From an uncultured virus (IMG/VR IMGVR_UViG_3300037400_001251) (taxonomy: Duplodnaviria > Heunggongvirae > Uroviricota > Caudoviricetes), in the IMG/VR virus record IMGVR_UViG_3300037400_001251: a stretch of 59,469 nt of DNA; one strand, given 5' to 3'. The translations under genes were made by a program, and so were the position numbers. The notes below the pieces were generated by a model that was not told the origin of the DNA, ran no database searches, and worked only from the letters and a program-made list of their open reading frames with translations. Positions 38,856 through 48,009 of this stretch are shown piece by piece (within the stretch, counting starts at the first letter, position 1; every line of letters begins with the position of its first letter).

Positions 38856-40352
38856 TCAAGCAGTGATGTTAAGGAGAGCACATCCTTTTGGTCTGTAGAA
38901 CATCTTAGCATATCTGCTCATGATAGTCAAACTTGGAGTATTTCCAAGAGGATATGGACTCATAACTGCTGGTTGATATGGTGCCCATACATAGATTACT
39001 CTTAGGAAATCTGTTGGTTTGTGCATAAGGATACATTTACCTTCTGGAACTATTGGAGAACTAAATACTTTCCATCTCTGAGCAAGATTACCACTAGTGT
39101 AACCTACAGCTCCACCGTCAGAACCTTTACCATCGAAAGAGAACTTATTGAGAGATTCGAATATAGCAGCATCCATTGGGTTAGCAGCAATAACATTTGC
39201 TTCACCAATATTAGTGTCAGTATATACTCTAGCAGAAAGTTTCATCAACTTCTGAAGAATATTCTGATACCAATAAACAGGACCTAAAGTATATCCAGCA
39301 GGAGGAGTCTGAGAGAAAGTATCAATGTGAGAAGCATCTAAACCATTAGCAACTCTGAGAATATCTTTAAGAATTAAAGTATCTGTATCAAGAGCCATCT
39401 GCTGACCAAGGATATCAATAATAGCACTTTGAATATCTAAATCATAAAGTGCATTAGCATCCTGTTCTAACTGGATAGTCCAGTCAGCACTTACCTGTTG
39501 GTCTTCGATTGTCAATCTTGGTTTGTCAAGAGTTGGAGTAATCTTAGTGTTCATAGTGTTCTGTTCTAATGAGAAAGTACAGCAGTAATATAAGTATGCA
39601 GCACTAACAGCAACAGGAGTACCATCAGAAGTTTGGAATGCATTAATAGTAAAGAAACATTTACCAGTAAGCCATTCTAATTTACCATTGATTACATAAG
39701 TGTTTCCACCTTTTTCAAATTCTTCATAGAAGTTACCATCAACAGTAAGTTGCATGTCTTTTTCAAATTCAACGTCAGAACCGCCAACAGTTACTTTTAA
39801 TTTATAGAATTGGAAAGTTCTTTCAATAGAAGTAATATCGTCAGTTAAACTGTTAAGAGTAAGAATGTTAGACATACCAGGATTGATAGCTTTACCATCT
39901 TGTCTAGTAACAGCTCTACCGAATGATACAGTATCATAAGATGGTGCTACAGCTTTAGAACCATCAGATCTAGTGAAAGTATAATTCAAGAAAGGAAGAA
40001 TTGTATCTGGAGAAGTAATAGGTTTAACAGTTACTAATTCTTTAGATATAAGTCTTGGGTAGAAGTTAGAAAGGAGAGGAAGAGCCAAAGTTTCGTAGTT
40101 AGCTAATTGGTTGAAAGAATTAGATACTGATTCCATAAGAGATAATCTAGTCTTATTCATCATACCATTAACAACATTCTTTACTTCTGGATCGCCTATA
40201 GATTCAAGTAATGATGCCTTATAGGTATCAAACATTTCATCTTGAGCAAGCATATTCTTGAAATCAACTCTATCGTTGATATCAATGTTATGCATCTTCT
40301 TCATAACCTTTTTAGATTCCATTAAAATAGTACCAGTATTTGAACTAGCCAT
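38856..40352 (-). CDS. Major capsid protein (T4 gp23-like)
   Basis: LPLLSNFYPRLISKELVTVKP, SADWTIQLEQDANALYDLDIQSAIIDILGQQMALDTD, YVWAPYQP, IMSRY correspond to gp23 blocks. N-terminal LMES/LLES sites. Confidence 0.92.
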   Translation of the reverse strand: MASSNTGTILMESKKVMKKMHNIDINDRVDFKNMLAQDEMFDTYKASLLESIGDPEVKNVVNGMMNKTRLSLMESVSNSFNQLANYETLALPLLSNFYPRLISKELVTVKPITSPDTILPFLNYTFTRSDGSKAVAPSYDTVSFGRAVTRQDGKAINPGMSNILTLNSLTDDITSIERTFQFYKLKVTVGGSDVEFEKDMQLTVDGNFYEEFEKGGNTYVINGKLEWLTGKCFFTINAFQTSDGTPVAVSAAYLYYCCTFSLEQNTMNTKITPTLDKPRLTIEDQQVSADWTIQLEQDANALYDLDIQSAIIDILGQQMALDTDTLILKDILRVANGLDASHIDTFSQTPPAGYTLGPVYWYQNILQKLMKLSARVYTDTNIGEANVIAANPMDAAIFESLNKFSFDGKGSDGGAVGYTSGNLAQRWKVFSSPIVPEGKCILMHKPTDFLRVIYVWAPYQPAVMSPYPLGNTPSLTIMSRYAKMFYRPKGCALLNITA

Positions 40353-40413
40353 CGTGGATAACCCTCCGAAAATTTAAGTTAATATTAAGATTGAATTTAA
40401 TACCAAAGTTTAT

Positions 40414-40585
40414 AACTATAAAGTAAAACCCCAAAATTTTATAGTTTTTCATTAATATTTCTACTCGTTTAAGCATTTTCAATCGTTAAATCGCCTTAAA
40501 CGAATATGCTATAAAATGAAACTATAAAATTTTATAGTTTACTGCGATTTTATTACTTTAACTCGAAATTGGTGCAGTAATAAAA
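40414..40585 (-). promoter_or_regulatory. Structured, repeat-containing leader upstream of the capsid gene
   Basis: Four AACTATAAA copies in alternating orientation, a 22-bp palindrome at 40519-40540, and nested stems. Confidence 0.45.
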
Positions 40586-40619
40586 CGTTCTTGAATTTCT
40601 GAGAGTGATCAAATACCAG

Positions 40620-40661
40620 CGTGGTGAATGGGCCAGTCTATATTTTAAAATAGACCAGCCC
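40620..40661 (-). terminator. Hairpin followed by ATTCACCACG
   Basis: 40630-40641 pairs with 40650-40661 (two G-U pairs in the minus sense), just after the stop of 40671..41096. Confidence 0.55.
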
Positions 40662-40670
40662 TAATATTAT

Positions 40671-41096
40671 TCAACGACCGATTAATCTTTCTAATTTAGA
40701 TATCTGTAAATCTAATTTCTTATCACTATAATTATTTAGATCTTTCATCATAATGACCATTTCTTTTTTGGTCTTATCATTAATTGCACAAGTACTAAAC
40801 ATTTCTCCTAATATAGAAACTATTTTAATACGTTTTAGTACTTTCTGTTTTTCTACTTTTAGTTCAGTAAGTTTAGTATTTAAATCTTTAACTTCTAATA
40901 GTTTAGATTTACTATCTTCATTCTTCTTATCTAATTTAATCTTAACATCATTAATTTCATTAGATATTACAGGAGCCATTATATTATTAAGAGAATTAAT
41001 AATTCTACTAATAGCAGATAGGTCTATCTTAGAAGGTATGATTTCAGTATCATTTTTAGATTCAGTTAATATCTTATCTTCTCTTCGAATCTTCAT
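40671..41096 (-). CDS. Coiled-coil protein, putative prohead scaffold/core
   Basis: Lies between protease and MCP, heptad-rich, ILTES site. Confidence 0.5.
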   Translation of the reverse strand: MKIRREDKILTESKNDTEIIPSKIDLSAISRIINSLNNIMAPVISNEINDVKIKLDKKNEDSKSKLLEVKDLNTKLTELKVEKQKVLKRIKIVSILGEMFSTCAINDKTKKEMVIMMKDLNNYSDKKLDLQISKLERLIGR

Positions 41097-41422
41097 TCTG
41101 ATATACCTCCTGTTATTGCTTCTGTTAGCTTTTTAATATTAGCATTTAAAGTTTCATTTAAAGACTTAATATCATCTTCTATCTTAGTAGTAGATTTAAC
41201 TATTAGATCTTTAACTTGTTTGACTTTCTTACTTCTAGTTTCAGCTAACTCTTTCTTTTTATCATAAGCTTCCATTAATTGTTTTGGTGTAGCTGTTGCT
41301 TTAAAAAGTTTCTTTACTAATTGGAAAACTTTTTCTTTAGCATCATTATTAGCTACATCTTCCTTTTCTTCAACACCAGGCAACGATGCACTACTAACAG
41401 ATGTCATAGAACGAATTCTCAT
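41093..41422 (-). CDS. Coiled-coil protein, putative prohead scaffold/core
   Basis: Same position. Multiple LxE sites (LMEA, LAET, LNET, LTEA). Confidence 0.5.
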   Translation of the reverse strand: MRIRSMTSVSSASLPGVEEKEDVANNDAKEKVFQLVKKLFKATATPKQLMEAYDKKKELAETRSKKVKQVKDLIVKSTTKIEDDIKSLNETLNANIKKLTEAITGGISE

Positions 41423-41492
41423 TTTTAAATACGGACTCCTTTTACATGATATACAATATTATATAGATAATCTAAAGATAAAGAATGTAATC

Positions 41493-42275
41493 CTAAGCTC
41501 TCATCTTAGACAATACTTCTCTCTTCAGCATATCTCTAAAGTATTTGAATTTGAAATCTTGATTAATGAATAAGTATCTATTTTCTTGAATAGATATAAC
41601 CTTAGCTAACTCTTCACTCATCTTTCCTTCTTGTAACATTTCATGTCTAAGTGGAGATTCACCGTAGATATATTCTTCAAGATTAGCTACTTCTTCTTTT
41701 AATGCTTTAGATTCCATATGTTTTCTAGATGTTAATATTTCAGATAATATACAATTACTAAAGGCTGGAGTAGATACACAATCCCAAGTAACTAAGTCAA
41801 TGTTCTTATATACTTCTTGGCCTTCATTAGTATTTCTAACATCACCCATAGCTCTCATACTAAATCCAACAGGTATCTTATCTTGTACTATAAAAGCATA
41901 AAGATTTCTACCTACATCATTAGATGTATTTTCTACTATACCCCATACTTGATTACCTTCAGTATAGACTTCTTTAAAAAGATGACTTACATTCTTATAT
42001 AAGATATTTAATAATCTATTAGGAGTTGGGTCCATTGGGTGATCCATTTCTCCAACAAAAGCATTCTGTTCCATCATCTGACGTTTTTCTTCAATGGCAG
42101 GTATTAATGCAGATCTTAAATACTTCTTTCCATTATAGGAATATTCTTCCATCATTTGAAGTAATGCTTTAAATCTTACCTTATTACCTGGTAATGTTTG
42201 AACTTCTTTAGCTTCTTGTAATATAGCCATTTCTTGTATAGCATAAGTCTTACTTGACATATTAATATCATTCAT
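41493..42275 (-). CDS. Prohead maturation protease (T4 gp21-like)
   Basis: NGKKY, GEMDHP, NVSH, GFSMRAMG (catalytic Ser), TWDCVSTPA. Confidence 0.9.
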   Translation of the reverse strand: MNDINMSSKTYAIQEMAILQEAKEVQTLPGNKVRFKALLQMMEEYSYNGKKYLRSALIPAIEEKRQMMEQNAFVGEMDHPMDPTPNRLLNILYKNVSHLFKEVYTEGNQVWGIVENTSNDVGRNLYAFIVQDKIPVGFSMRAMGDVRNTNEGQEVYKNIDLVTWDCVSTPAFSNCILSEILTSRKHMESKALKEEVANLEEYIYGESPLRHEMLQEGKMSEELAKVISIQENRYLFINQDFKFKYFRDMLKREVLSKMRA

Positions 42276-42292
42276 AGTTAATATAACACTCC

Positions 42293-43084
42293 TTATCTTA
42301 CAGATTCTTTAACTTGTAATTTCATATACTTATCTAAAAATTTTAATCTAGTATCACTACTAATACCAATAGATAGATGATGTCTATACTTATTACCATC
42401 TTTTCTCTTTAAGTATATATCTACAAATTTAATAATAGTATCAGTAATATCTCTTAATTCTAACACTGTAGATTTGGCATCATCATATTCAGTATACTTT
42501 TCTACAAATCTATTAAACACATAAGTTAATGAGTCTATCTTATTAATTATCTTAGCTTCATCTTCATCTGTTTTCTTTAATAATTTTAAAGATACTTCAT
42601 TTAACTTAATTAGTTTTCTATTGATATCTTTTAGTAATACTACGTAATATTGGTCATCTGTAGGTAAGCCATCTTTGATTTCAGATTCTTCACCTTCAGC
42701 ACCACCTTCTCCACCAGCACCTTCTTCACCTTCAGCTTGTCCAAATAAGTCATCGCTAGCATTATCTTCACCTTCGGCGTTATCACCACCTTGGTCTTGA
42801 TTACCAGCATCAGCATTGGCATCTTCTTTAGGAGCAGCTTCTTGTTTAGGTTCTGCTTTAGGTTGGGCTTCATTACCTCCACCAGCATCTCCAGCATTAT
42901 CACCTTCAGCTTCCATTACAACTTTAAGATTATTTTCATCAGCTTGTTCAGCTTCTAAAAATAAGTTATCTTCTTGTATATTACCCATATTAATATAGTT
43001 TCTATGTAAATGATTATTAATGTTTAAAAGATGTTTCTTTACATAGTCACTTATAATAAGATTACTTCCATTACGTAGAGTCAT
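42293..43084 (-). CDS. Acidic head core/assembly protein (gp67/gp68-like position)
   Basis: Lies between portal and protease, G/E/A-rich disordered middle, FLEA/VMEA sites. ATG 43084 follows a GGAGG SD. Confidence 0.5.
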   Translation of the reverse strand: MTLRNGSNLIISDYVKKHLLNINNHLHRNYINMGNIQEDNLFLEAEQADENNLKVVMEAEGDNAGDAGGGNEAQPKAEPKQEAAPKEDANADAGNQDQGGDNAEGEDNASDDLFGQAEGEEGAGGEGGAEGEESEIKDGLPTDDQYYVVLLKDINRKLIKLNEVSLKLLKKTDEDEAKIINKIDSLTYVFNRFVEKYTEYDDAKSTVLELRDITDTIIKFVDIYLKRKDGNKYRHHLSIGISSDTRLKFLDKYMKLQVKESVR

Positions 43085-43088
43085 GATA

Positions 43089-45128
43089 TTAGAATCCTCC
43101 TGCTCCAGCGCCTTCTTCTTCATCAGCGCCTTCTGTACCATGTTCAAGATTTTCTATATTACGTTTAGTAACTACTTCTTGACTATAGTATTCTTGTAAG
43201 AATGGTAAATATCTATCAATGATATCTCTCTTATCTAAACCCATTTGAATTAAGAAGTCACTACTGCCACTAACGGTAGAGATATGTTCCAATTCACTAG
43301 CTGTAGATAATATAACTGGAGTAGCGAATTTAACTAAGACATGTCTAGTAGGTAAACCTAATAGATTCTTTATCTTATCAAGTAATTCTGTATAACAATT
43401 AGCAAACATTTCTTGATAGTCTATAATGGTAATAGCAAATAATTCTGATTGTAAGAATAACGTAGCTTTACTTTCAATGTTTTCTTCTAGGCCTACATAA
43501 GCAGGAGGAACATCAAGATTACTTACAGCTTCATCTCTCTTAAACTTCATATCTTCTACGCTACCACCTACAGTAGAACTAGGAGGTTCTGTTGTAAAAT
43601 TAACGAAAGGTTGACCTTCCCTAGTAGGTATATAATATTCTTCAAAGGGAGATAATACACTAGGTATGTTATCAAATGTTAGACTACCATCAAATAGAGC
43701 TTTCTTCTTTCTGAATCTTTCTTTTAATCTTTCAATAATAGATTTACTATCTCTATTTTCTATTTCAAAATTAATGATACGTCTTTCGATAGATTTGGTT
43801 AATCTTTCAATAGATGATGTAACTTTATCTGCTACCAATAATGAAGCATCAAACATTATACTATCAAATATACTAGTTCCGTAAGGTGCATATTCATCTG
43901 GGTTCAAACAGAATTCTTGCATTCTAGATGGATCTACGAATCTAAACTTCATATTACTAATAGTAATAGTACTAATATCTTGTAAGAACTTTTCACCATT
44001 TTTATCAAAAGCACCTATGCTATATATACTAGACATAACTAATTTCATTATAGCAGATTTAAGACCAGCATTATCTTCAATAGCTTCATCATTAATATTA
44101 TGCTTTAGAAAATTAATTAGATTCTTAGTTATTTCTACTCCTCTGTCATACATCTTTTCATTATATACATAGTCAGTACCTATAACATTTTGAGTAACTT
44201 GTTGTATAACTTGAGTAGAGTCAAAGATATTAATATTTTGAAATAGCATTCTTGTTCTTATAATAGATTCAGGTATTATAAGATAACCATAAGTCATATC
44301 ACCTAATGTTAATTTAATGACATTATGAGGCCTATGGAAAAATAAGGATATATCATCTAATACACTTATATCTTTATCTTCAGGATTTTCTGATTCTAAT
44401 AATGAAGCATTACTATTATTAATATCTAATGTGACATTAATAGCTTTTTGAAATTCAACTTCTTCTACTTCATTAAATTCATTCTTAATCTTTCTAGTAA
44501 ATGTAATAGGTATACTAGTTTTTACTCTAGAATTACTATCAGATTCAGATTCCATTAAGATAGATCTATTGTTAGGTAATATATCTTTTCTACTAGCTAT
44601 TTCAACGAACATATCACCATACTTTAAGGTATTATCAATAATCATTTTAAGGTTATTATATTCATTGATTCTTAATGTTCTAAATATATCTCTAGCATTA
44701 TCTATCTCAGTTTCAATATCCATATTCTTATCATATGGGTAGAATTGAAGAGAAGTATTCTTTAATGAATCACTAGCTATGATATTACTTCTTAAAACAG
44801 ATATACATCTTTTTAATCTACTAATCTTTTTAGTAATATCATTATAACAGTTATACCTACGTCTTCTCATAAAAAGGTCAAAGACTTGGTCTTGATAATC
44901 ACTATCAACATTAACTATCTTTAGTAATTCATCTTTGCCTACTCTGATAGAACCATTAGTAGATTCTTTTCTTTGATTAGCTAACATTTCAAACAAGTTA
45001 CTATAACTTGTTTTATTGATACGTTCGTCAATACGATTAATGGCATCACTAACTTCAGCGTCTTGAGTAGGTGTACCACCAAGAATCTTCTTGACTAAAT
45101 TATTAAAATATTCTCCTAGCTTAGCCAT
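43089..45128 (-). CDS. Portal protein (T4 gp20-like)
   Basis: LKYGDMFVE, PYGTSIFD, ERRIINFE, EEYYIPTREG, VEDMKFKRDEAVSNLDVPPAYVG. First gene of the head module. Confidence 0.88.
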   Translation of the reverse strand: MAKLGEYFNNLVKKILGGTPTQDAEVSDAINRIDERINKTSYSNLFEMLANQRKESTNGSIRVGKDELLKIVNVDSDYQDQVFDLFMRRRRYNCYNDITKKISRLKRCISVLRSNIIASDSLKNTSLQFYPYDKNMDIETEIDNARDIFRTLRINEYNNLKMIIDNTLKYGDMFVEIASRKDILPNNRSILMESESDSNSRVKTSIPITFTRKIKNEFNEVEEVEFQKAINVTLDINNSNASLLESENPEDKDISVLDDISLFFHRPHNVIKLTLGDMTYGYLIIPESIIRTRMLFQNINIFDSTQVIQQVTQNVIGTDYVYNEKMYDRGVEITKNLINFLKHNINDEAIEDNAGLKSAIMKLVMSSIYSIGAFDKNGEKFLQDISTITISNMKFRFVDPSRMQEFCLNPDEYAPYGTSIFDSIMFDASLLVADKVTSSIERLTKSIERRIINFEIENRDSKSIIERLKERFRKKKALFDGSLTFDNIPSVLSPFEEYYIPTREGQPFVNFTTEPPSSTVGGSVEDMKFKRDEAVSNLDVPPAYVGLEENIESKATLFLQSELFAITIIDYQEMFANCYTELLDKIKNLLGLPTRHVLVKFATPVILSTASELEHISTVSGSSDFLIQMGLDKRDIIDRYLPFLQEYYSQEVVTKRNIENLEHGTEGADEEEGAGAGGF

Positions 45129-45598
45129 TATCTAAATTCTCCATGTGTATTAATGAATGGTTGATTCTTACGTTTCTGTTCTCCCATTAAAGATGTTAAT
45201 TCTTCTAACACAGATCCTATGAACACCTTTTGGAACTTACGTAAGAATTCATATTCAATGTATTCGTTAAATATTTTTTCCTCATAAAATATTTCATAGT
45301 ACTCTTTAAGCTCATTTTTAGATAATTTGGTTTTAAAATAGCCTAGAAAATTTTTACGATATTCTAAGAATTCTTGGTTACTTGGAACTAGATGTTGATT
45401 ACTATATACATATAGATAGGATTCATAAAACATATTCCATTCTATACCAATCTTTTCATCTAGTTCACCTTTCTTCATTACTCGATATTCTATAAATTTA
45501 CTTTTAGTTTCTATTATATACTTATTACGTATAGCTAGTAATAATAATATCAAAGCTATAGTTAATGGTATACCTATTATAATTAAAGTAGGCCACAT
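45128..45598 (-). CDS. N-terminally membrane-anchored protein
   Basis: LIIIGIPLTIALILLLLAI TM helix. Coupled to the portal start (TAATG). Confidence 0.7.
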   Translation of the reverse strand: MWPTLIIIGIPLTIALILLLLAIRNKYIIETKSKFIEYRVMKKGELDEKIGIEWNMFYESYLYVYSNQHLVPSNQEFLEYRKNFLGYFKTKLSKNELKEYYEIFYEEKIFNEYIEYEFLRKFQKVFIGSVLEELTSLMGEQKRKNQPFINTHGEFR

Positions 45599-45662
45599 AT
45601 ATGATCCTTTCCATATTGATATTATATTATATATGTGGTGAAAGATAGAATGATATAAATCT

Positions 45663-46319
45663 CTATTCTAAACTATCATAAACTAAATTGAATTTATCAC
45701 CTGGTTTACGTATACCATTTTTGTCTAAGAAAAGATATAGTTCAACATCACTATAGAATGTATCAAACATGTCATCAAAGTTATACTTATAATAAGTTCT
45801 TGTTTCTCTTGAGTATATTCTTAACGATACCTTACATACAGTATCTAAAGGGTTAGGGCCAATAGGAAAATTAATATTCTTATATAAAGGAAACGTATAA
45901 GTATAATTTAACTCAATACATTTACTAGGTATTGTAAGATCTATAGTACTACTTGATCCATATACAACATTACTAAGAGATAATCTAAATAATTCAAATG
46001 TTATATACATAGGTTTTCTAACTATATTATGAATGTATATTTGCCATTCAGAATCTTCTTTGGTAAAACCAACATCTATTAGATTCTTACAACCATGCTT
46101 AGTAAAATCATTAGCTCTTTCAAATATTTCTTTTAGATACTTTTTATCTGCCCAATTATTATAATTCTCATATACATAATCAGGGAGTTTATTAACAGTA
46201 GATAAATCATAAAACCCATTACTATTAGGATATAATATATGGCCTAAATTATAATATTTGAAATTATTTATATCATAGAAACTACCTATAAATGTATGGT
46301 GATGATATCTGTTAGCCAT
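45663..46319 (-). CDS. Hypothetical protein (possible paralog-array member)
   Basis: 218 aa, Tyr/Phe-rich. Confidence 0.7.
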   Translation of the reverse strand: MANRYHHHTFIGSFYDINNFKYYNLGHILYPNSNGFYDLSTVNKLPDYVYENYNNWADKKYLKEIFERANDFTKHGCKNLIDVGFTKEDSEWQIYIHNIVRKPMYITFELFRLSLSNVVYGSSSTIDLTIPSKCIELNYTYTFPLYKNINFPIGPNPLDTVCKVSLRIYSRETRTYYKYNFDDMFDTFYSDVELYLFLDKNGIRKPGDKFNLVYDSLE

Positions 46320-46893
46320 TGATTATATCCATTATATCCTTTCTAAGTATAACAGCTTCATCAGTATTAACATTGAATTCTATATAAGGGTATTGTTTAC
46401 TATCACTATACTTACCACATATAATACTTTCTAAAGTAACAGCTTGTATAGGTTTTATCTTTAATGAATATATAGTTACATGTTCATTTTCTAAAGTAAA
46501 CGTAAGCTTATAATATAATATATCACTATGTAAATCATACCAAGATTCTAATCTTATCTCATTAGGTTTACCTAGATTAATCTTACCTTCATTATTAATT
46601 ATATCAATGTTTCTACAATAATTAGTATCTACTAAACTTAATATTAGATAATCATCTACTAATGTTAAATAGCATTTCTGATTATTCTTAATATAATCAT
46701 TAAATTGGTTTATGACATCATCGTCTTCATTTAAATATTTAGTAACTAATTGATATAACTTATCGTTCTGTATGATATTAAAATCAGACTTGCTTAACAT
46801 ACCAGTAGTACTATTAGGTTTAATATCTATGCACTTATTAGATCTACGTTCACCTGATATAGTATTAACAGCTCTATAATCTATGTTATCCAT
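46312..46893 (-). CDS. Hypothetical protein, paralog-array member
   Basis: LSKSDFNIIQND, KINLG and LESWYD are shared with the adjacent gene. Confidence 0.72.
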   Translation of the reverse strand: MDNIDYRAVNTISGERRSNKCIDIKPNSTTGMLSKSDFNIIQNDKLYQLVTKYLNEDDDVINQFNDYIKNNQKCYLTLVDDYLILSLVDTNYCRNIDIINNEGKINLGKPNEIRLESWYDLHSDILYYKLTFTLENEHVTIYSLKIKPIQAVTLESIICGKYSDSKQYPYIEFNVNTDEAVILRKDIMDIING

Positions 46894-46907
46894 TACTTAT
46901 TTTCCTT

Positions 46908-47444
46908 TCATATTAATACCATTTCTCTAGTTAATTCATCAACACAAATATCAATAGTATCTTGAACATCTTCTTTTAGAAATCTATACATAATTCTAGC
47001 TAATGTTAAAGTAATATTATAACTAGCATAATCTACATCTCTATCAGATACTAATGACATTCTATTCTTACATACACATTCCATATCATATACATCATAC
47101 CAGTATTCTAAATTAAATAAGGTACTATTGCCTAAAGATATTTTTCTACCATATTCATTTTTAAAGATTCTAATTTTAGTATTCTTAGTAGGCTTATATC
47201 TCCATATTAAGATATTGCTAGACTTCCATTTACATTTAGCTTTGACACCATCTTTAATAGCATTGTTATAATTAGATAGAATGAGTTGTAAGATAATAGG
47301 ATTCATATTAACAATACTATCAAAGTCATAGTCATTCTGTAAAATATGGAAATCAGATTTAGATAAAAGATTACTTTTAGAACTAGGTTTAATGATAGGT
47401 TCAAATTCTTCATCTTCGATAAAATTGATATATCTATATCTCAT
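46908..47444 (-). CDS. Hypothetical protein, paralog-array member
   Basis: LSKSDFHILQND, KISLG, LEYWYD. ATG 47444 follows TTTGAAAGGA. Confidence 0.72.
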   Translation of the reverse strand: MRYRYINFIEDEEFEPIIKPSSKSNLLSKSDFHILQNDYDFDSIVNMNPIILQLILSNYNNAIKDGVKAKCKWKSSNILIWRYKPTKNTKIRIFKNEYGRKISLGNSTLFNLEYWYDVYDMECVCKNRMSLVSDRDVDYASYNITLTLARIMYRFLKEDVQDTIDICVDELTREMVLI

Positions 47445-47456
47445 TTGATCTTTTCC

Positions 47457-47746
47457 TTTCAAAGATTATATAGTCTAATCAAACCCTGTCGATTTTTAGA
47501 CTATTTAAGTAAACATCTATATAGGCCTTTAAATGATGTTTTCTATTTTTACTTTCAAATTTGTCTAATACCAGCTATGCGAAAATAGGTATTTCAAGAA
47601 AAAGTAAGTAATGTCATTATAGGCCTTTTAGCAATATATTACTTTTAAAATAGATAAGATTTGTAAATCTATTTTGAAAATACCAAAAAATGAGATTAGG
47701 TCTACAAGGTATTTTAAGCTTAATGTCGGGCAGGGTTTCTTTGAAA
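47457..47746. ncRNA. Candidate structured non-coding element (multi-hairpin, pseudoknot, palindromic loops)
   Basis: No ORF in the track. Closing 9-bp stem, six internal hairpins, and long-range pairing AAACCCTGTC/GGCAGGGTTT. G-U pairs slightly favour the + sense. Confidence 0.5.
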
Positions 47747-47762
47747 TTTATCGTACAATGAT

Positions 47763-48002
47763 TTACCATGAAATGCCTGTTTCAGACGTATCTAATTTCC
47801 AGGATAAGAATTCGTCCTCTAATAGGTTATAATAAGAAGTTAGTTCATGGTTACCAGATTTCCAAGCATTCTTTATATGCCAGTTAAATAATTTCATAAG
47901 ATTAGTGTAGTTCTTAAATAATATCACTGAACCATATTAAGAAAAGTTATCATAGTAGAATCTCATATCTAGGAAGGTATCTGATTTATATTTATCAACC
48001 AT
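47763..48002 (-). pseudogene. 79-codon ORF interrupted by one in-frame TAA
   Basis: MVDKYKSDTFLDMRFYYDNFS*YGSVILFKNYTNLMKLFNWHIK...GISW, with the stop at 47937-47939. Confidence 0.45.
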
Positions 48003-48009
48003 GTTTCAT

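Noticed and set aside
17520..45598. Holin or spanin calls for the small membrane ORFs (17520, 27581, 45128)
   Set aside because: No endolysin or lipobox-bearing partner is recognisable nearby, and hydrophobicity alone is insufficient.
5280..45640. Sigma70-type promoters at TATAAT boxes (e.g. 5301, 6420, 35280, 36660, 45627)
   Set aside because: TATAAT is frequent by chance in this AT-rich DNA, and I found no convincing TTGACA at proper spacing.
14064..47462. Apparent shared N-terminal peptide MKG(Q/V/G/K) in several ORFs (14064, 17043, 17802, 23652, 47462)
   Set aside because: Artefact: the ORF caller started at the TTG inside the TTGAAAGGA SD motif. True starts are a few codons downstream.
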